64,000 nucleotides of DNA, taken from an uncultured delta proteobacterium. GTDB lineage: Bacteria; Desulfobacterota; RBG-13-43-22. The stretch is from assembly GCA_963790475.1 (NCBI GenBank), contig CAWBOS010000010.1:1184001-1248000 (forward strand). The letters are read 5' to 3'. The position numbers and the translations under genes were made by a program. Every line of letters starts with the position of its first letter. Positions within the stretch are counted from its first letter, which is position 1. The notes under the pieces are model-generated. The model saw only the letters and a list, made by a program, of their open reading frames with translations. It did no database searches and had not been told where the DNA came from. Positions 60,257-64,000 of the stretch are shown here, piece by piece.

Positions 60257-60346
60257 GGGTTCGAGGGTTCCGGGGTTCAAGGGTTCAAGGGTTAATAATT
60301 CCATGCCTTTCACTTGCCCCCTTGATCCCTCGGCCCCTTGAACCCT
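60257..60346. repeat. Inverted octamer array (gggttcaa / ttgaaccc)
   Basis: gggttcga gggttccg gggttcaa gggttcaa … ttgatccc tcggcccc ttgaaccc. Confidence 0.75.
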
Positions 60347-60376
60347 TTATAAGTTCAACCCAAGGAGGCAAAACCG

Positions 60377-61162
60377 ATGTCCACAATCACTTCCAACCAC
60401 ATCCATCTGTATTATGAAGAACACGGCCATGGTCAACCTCTGGTTTTCATCCACGGACTAGGCTCCAGCACCAAAGATTGGGAGTCTCAAGTGCCTGAGT
60501 TCTCCAAGTCATATCGGGTTGTCACCTTTGACTTGCGCGGTCATGGTCAATCCGACAAGCCCGCCGGTCCCTATCAGATCCCGATCCTGGCGGTTGACCT
60601 GGCCGGCCTGTTCCAAGCGTTGAACATCCCATCAGCCCACCTCGTGGGCCTCTCGCTGGGGGGTGCAGTCGCCTTCCAATTTGCGATCGATTACCCGGCC
60701 AAGGTTAAGACCCTGACCATTGTCAACAGCGGCCCCAGCCTGGGCGGGACCCCGGAACAAGCCCAGCAGGAAGTCGATCGCCGAGTAGGCATCGTCCAAC
60801 AGCTTGGGATGCGAGCCATGGGCGAGGCCTTAGCCCCAACTCTGTATCCGAACCCGAAGCAGGCCACTTTACGCGAAACCTTTATCAAACGGTGGGCGGA
60901 AAATGATCCGCGGGCCTACATTGAGGCCACCCGCTCGTTGCTGGGCTGGAATGTGGAGGGTCAACTGGGGACGATTAAGTGTCCCACACTGATTTTGGCG
61001 GCGGATCAGGATTACACTCCGGTGGCAACGAAAGAAGCTTACGTTAAGCTGATACCCCACGCTCGACTGGTTGTGATCCCGGAGGCTCATCATGCAACTC
61101 CGCTTGAACAACCGGAGAAATTCAACACGGCCTTGAGAGAATTCCTGGATCAGTATCGCTGA
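60377..61162 (+). CDS. Alpha/beta hydrolase (3-oxoadipate enol-lactonase-like)
   Basis: FIHGLG, DLRGHG, VGLSLGG nucleophile elbow, D, AHH. Confidence 0.92.
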   Translation: MSTITSNHIHLYYEEHGHGQPLVFIHGLGSSTKDWESQVPEFSKSYRVVTFDLRGHGQSDKPAGPYQIPILAVDLAGLFQALNIPSAHLVGLSLGGAVAFQFAIDYPAKVKTLTIVNSGPSLGGTPEQAQQEVDRRVGIVQQLGMRAMGEALAPTLYPNPKQATLRETFIKRWAENDPRAYIEATRSLLGWNVEGQLGTIKCPTLILAADQDYTPVATKEAYVKLIPHARLVVIPEAHHATPLEQPEKFNTALREFLDQYR

Positions 61163-61309
61163 ATGCCGCCCAACGAGTGCGGCACCGAAAAACACCGGTT
61201 GGTTTCCACCTGGCTTGTCAATGGTCGATAGATTATTGTTAGACCACAGGGTAGTTCCTTGCGGACCGCAGGCCCGCAAGGAACTTTTTATGGTTGGGAT
61301 AAAAAGGTT

Positions 61310-62254
61310 ATGACCAATTCAATAGTCCATAAGTTCAAACAAAGAAATTTTCTTATCGGCTTTATCATCATACCTGTCGTCCTGATTCTGTTAGGGATAT
61401 ATAAACCTTATGTTCTTGTTGAAGGTCTGCAAAGATCGTGTTTGTATGCCTTAATTACTCTGCCGATGGCCCTTCTTTTAGGTGTTGTCGGAATCATCAA
61501 TCTGGCCCACGGCGATTACATGATGATCGGCGCCTATTTCGCCTACTGGCTGAATGTGCAATTCGGCATCGATCCCCTGGTGGCCATTATTCCCTCGTTA
61601 GCGGTATTCTTCATTTTTGGCATTATTTCTTATTATATCACTTTCAAGCATGTTATCGGAGCTCCCGAGCTTAACCAGCTGCTTCTGGGTTTCGGTCTCT
61701 CTATGGTTCTGGGACAGGGCGTAACTTTGGTGGCCACCAATGCGCCGCGTAAAATCAGTTTGGATTACGTTTCTTCTTCGATAAATATCGGGAGTTTTCA
61801 ATTTGGGACCTTTGAATTCATCTATGTTGCCGGAGCGATTATAGTACTTCTTGGCCTGCAATTATTTCTAAAAAAAACCAGGACCGGACAGGCGGCCTTG
61901 GCCGTAGGACAGAATCCCCGGGGGGCCAAGATTGTCGGAATTAATATAGGCTGGATTTACCTGTTCGTTTTCGCCTTGTCCATAGCTCTAATCGGCGCTA
62001 TCGGCCCGATGTTCGGAACAAGAAATACGATCTTCCCGGAAGTCGGCTTGGCCTTCACGCTGAAATCATTTGCCCTTATTGCTGTTGCCGGTATCGGTTC
62101 TCTTACCGGTGTCTTATGGGTAAGCCTGATTTTGGGTGTTTCCGAATGCCTGGTTCTTTCCTCGATCAGATATGCTAAATGGTCGGAGATTATCTTTTTT
62201 GCGCTAATCATTGGGGTTATTATGTATAGATCCCATCAAAGGCAGGTAAAATGA
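61310..62254 (+). CDS. livH: Liv-type ABC permease
   Basis: GVVGIINLAHG; AGIGSL. Confidence 0.88.
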   Translation: MTNSIVHKFKQRNFLIGFIIIPVVLILLGIYKPYVLVEGLQRSCLYALITLPMALLLGVVGIINLAHGDYMMIGAYFAYWLNVQFGIDPLVAIIPSLAVFFIFGIISYYITFKHVIGAPELNQLLLGFGLSMVLGQGVTLVATNAPRKISLDYVSSSINIGSFQFGTFEFIYVAGAIIVLLGLQLFLKKTRTGQAALAVGQNPRGAKIVGINIGWIYLFVFALSIALIGAIGPMFGTRNTIFPEVGLAFTLKSFALIAVAGIGSLTGVLWVSLILGVSECLVLSSIRYAKWSEIIFFALIIGVIMYRSHQRQVK

Positions 62255-63171
62255 AGTCCTGGAAATATTTAATTTTTGCTGTTGGTGTGCTGATAGCGAT
62301 TTCACTTCCCAGGTTTCTGAGTGTTTATCATCTGCAAATGCTGAACATTATTTTGATTTATATGGCCTTGGCCTTGAGTTGGGATATATTGCTGCGATCC
62401 GGCATGATGTCCTTGGGTGTAGCCGGTTTTTGCGGAATAGGCGGTTATTCGGCGGTGCTTTGCACGACCAATCTGGCCTTAAACCCTTTGGTCGGGATTC
62501 TTATCGGTTCTATAATCGCAGCCATCATTGCCCTTCTGGTTGGCTATTCGGTGTTGCATTTAAGGGCCATGTACTTTGCCATAGTGACTCTGGCCGTAAC
62601 CGAAATATTCCGAATCCTGGCGCGTAACCTGGAATTTACCGGCGGGCCGGAAGGGATAATTTTACCCAATGCCATATTTAAAGGCGATGCGGGCGGCACT
62701 TACTGGTTAATGTTGACCATCGGTGTTTTTACGATCATTCTCTCCTGGCTTTTCCAGAAGACCAGAGTTCACTTTGCGCTGACCGCTATTGCCAATGATG
62801 AAATAGTAGCTTCCTCCGCCGGAATAAACATTTTTAAATATCTGGTGGCCATATTTGTGGTTACTTCGGCCATTCAAGCTCTGGTTGGCGGCGCCTACGC
62901 TCAGATTTACGGGTTTGTCGAGCCTAATACCTCCTTCAGTGTGAATTTTGTCCTTTTGCCGATTACCATGGTTTTACTGGGCGGGACAAATTCAACCTGG
63001 GGACCGGTGATCGGCGCCGTGATACTAAGTGTAGTTGCGGAAGCCTTAAAGCTGAAAATTCCCTATGGTCATTTGTTTATTTACGGCCTTATTATGATCA
63101 TGGCCATCATCTGGTTCCCCGGAGGACTTATCGGTATTTTGAAGAAGGGCACGGCAAAAGTTCCTCATTAA
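62251..63171 (+). CDS. livM: Liv-type ABC permease
   Basis: G.MSLG; FTGGPEG; LLGGT…GPVIG. Confidence 0.9.
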   Translation: MKSWKYLIFAVGVLIAISLPRFLSVYHLQMLNIILIYMALALSWDILLRSGMMSLGVAGFCGIGGYSAVLCTTNLALNPLVGILIGSIIAAIIALLVGYSVLHLRAMYFAIVTLAVTEIFRILARNLEFTGGPEGIILPNAIFKGDAGGTYWLMLTIGVFTIILSWLFQKTRVHFALTAIANDEIVASSAGINIFKYLVAIFVVTSAIQALVGGAYAQIYGFVEPNTSFSVNFVLLPITMVLLGGTNSTWGPVIGAVILSVVAEALKLKIPYGHLFIYGLIMIMAIIWFPGGLIGILKKGTAKVPH

Positions 63172-63195
63172 TTAAATAACGATAGGGATTAATAA

Positions 63196-63918
63196 ATGCC
63201 CATTTTAAGAACGACTGGATTAACCAGACAATTTGGCGGGCTGACCGCGTTAGAGGATATCAGCCTGGAGATCGATGAAAAGGAAATCGTTGGCGTCATC
63301 GGGCCGAACGGCGCCGGTAAATCAACCTTTACCAATGTCGTAGCCGGGGTTTATTTGCCGACGTCAGGTAAGATTGAATTTAAAGGCCGGGATATTTCCA
63401 TGACCGCGGCCCACACCCGCTGTCAGTTGGGCATATCCAGAACCTTCCAGCTTATGCGTCCGCTGCAGGGTTTAAACCTGATCGGGAATATCATGCTGGG
63501 CAGTATGTTCGGCAAGGGTCATTCTCAGAAGAAAGCACGGAACAATTCTCTGGAAATTTGTAAGTTTCTCGGTTTAGACAATGTGGAAAGATCGATTTCA
63601 GCCATGACGGCGCTGGAAATCAAAAAAATGGAAATTGCCCGGGCCCTGGCCACCGAGCCTTCTTTGTTATTCCTCGATGAAGTTATGTCCGGTCTTAATA
63701 AAGATGAAACCATGGAACTGATTGAAACGGTCCGCAAAATCAATCAGCGGGGGATGACTATAATCATTATTGAACACGTTATGCGAGTTATTCGGGAACT
63801 GACTCATCGGGTTGTGGTATTGGACTGGGGGCGCCTCCTGACCGAAGGTCCTTATGATAAGGTTTCTTCTGATCCGCGAGTAATTATTGCCTATCTTGGT
63901 GAGGAAGCAGAATGTTAG
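63196..63918 (+). CDS. livG: Liv-type ABC ATPase
   Basis: GPNGAGKS; FLDEV; IEH. Confidence 0.92.
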   Translation: MPILRTTGLTRQFGGLTALEDISLEIDEKEIVGVIGPNGAGKSTFTNVVAGVYLPTSGKIEFKGRDISMTAAHTRCQLGISRTFQLMRPLQGLNLIGNIMLGSMFGKGHSQKKARNNSLEICKFLGLDNVERSISAMTALEIKKMEIARALATEPSLLFLDEVMSGLNKDETMELIETVRKINQRGMTIIIIEHVMRVIRELTHRVVVLDWGRLLTEGPYDKVSSDPRVIIAYLGEEAEC

Positions 63919-64000
63919 AAGTTAAAAATTTGAATGTATTTTACGGAAAATTACAGATTCTTTGGGATCTATCCATGCAGGTCGGTGATGAATCGGTAGG
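63912..64000 (+). CDS. livF: Liv-type ABC ATPase, partial (runs off window)
   Basis: MLEVKNLNVFYGKLQILWDLS. Confidence 0.85.
   Translation, partial: MLEVKNLNVFYGKLQILWDLSMQVGDESV

Overview
About 50% GC chromosomal window from an anaerobic Desulfobacterota/Deltaproteobacteria-like bacterium (inferred from gene content and intergenic repeat families). Most of it encodes CoA-dependent catabolism and uptake: ETF-QO, crotonase, 3-hydroxyacyl-CoA and acyl-CoA dehydrogenases, NDP- and AMP-forming acyl-CoA ligases, a BKACE cleavage enzyme, a lactonase and three Liv-type ABC transporters. It also carries a PAS-GGDEF-EAL protein, a pentaheme cytochrome c and a CoA-disulfide reductase. Two parts stand out. 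(1) An uncharacterised redox operon at 9164-14114 (GltD/DsrL-like flavoprotein, Cys-rich 4Fe-4S protein, ferredoxin, V4R-like protein, PHP hydrolase, atypical YxxxN SDR) with a divergent second PHP gene. (2) A decaying accessory region at about 16.4-26.7 kb: a vapBC module, an IS21, and an integrase-less integron cassette array (attI-like crossover, two clear attC sites, three cassettes; one split by an IS1380, one truncated), plus a relic attC and several gene fragments. No rRNA, tRNA or CRISPR array was recognised. All family calls come from motif recognition, not database searches.
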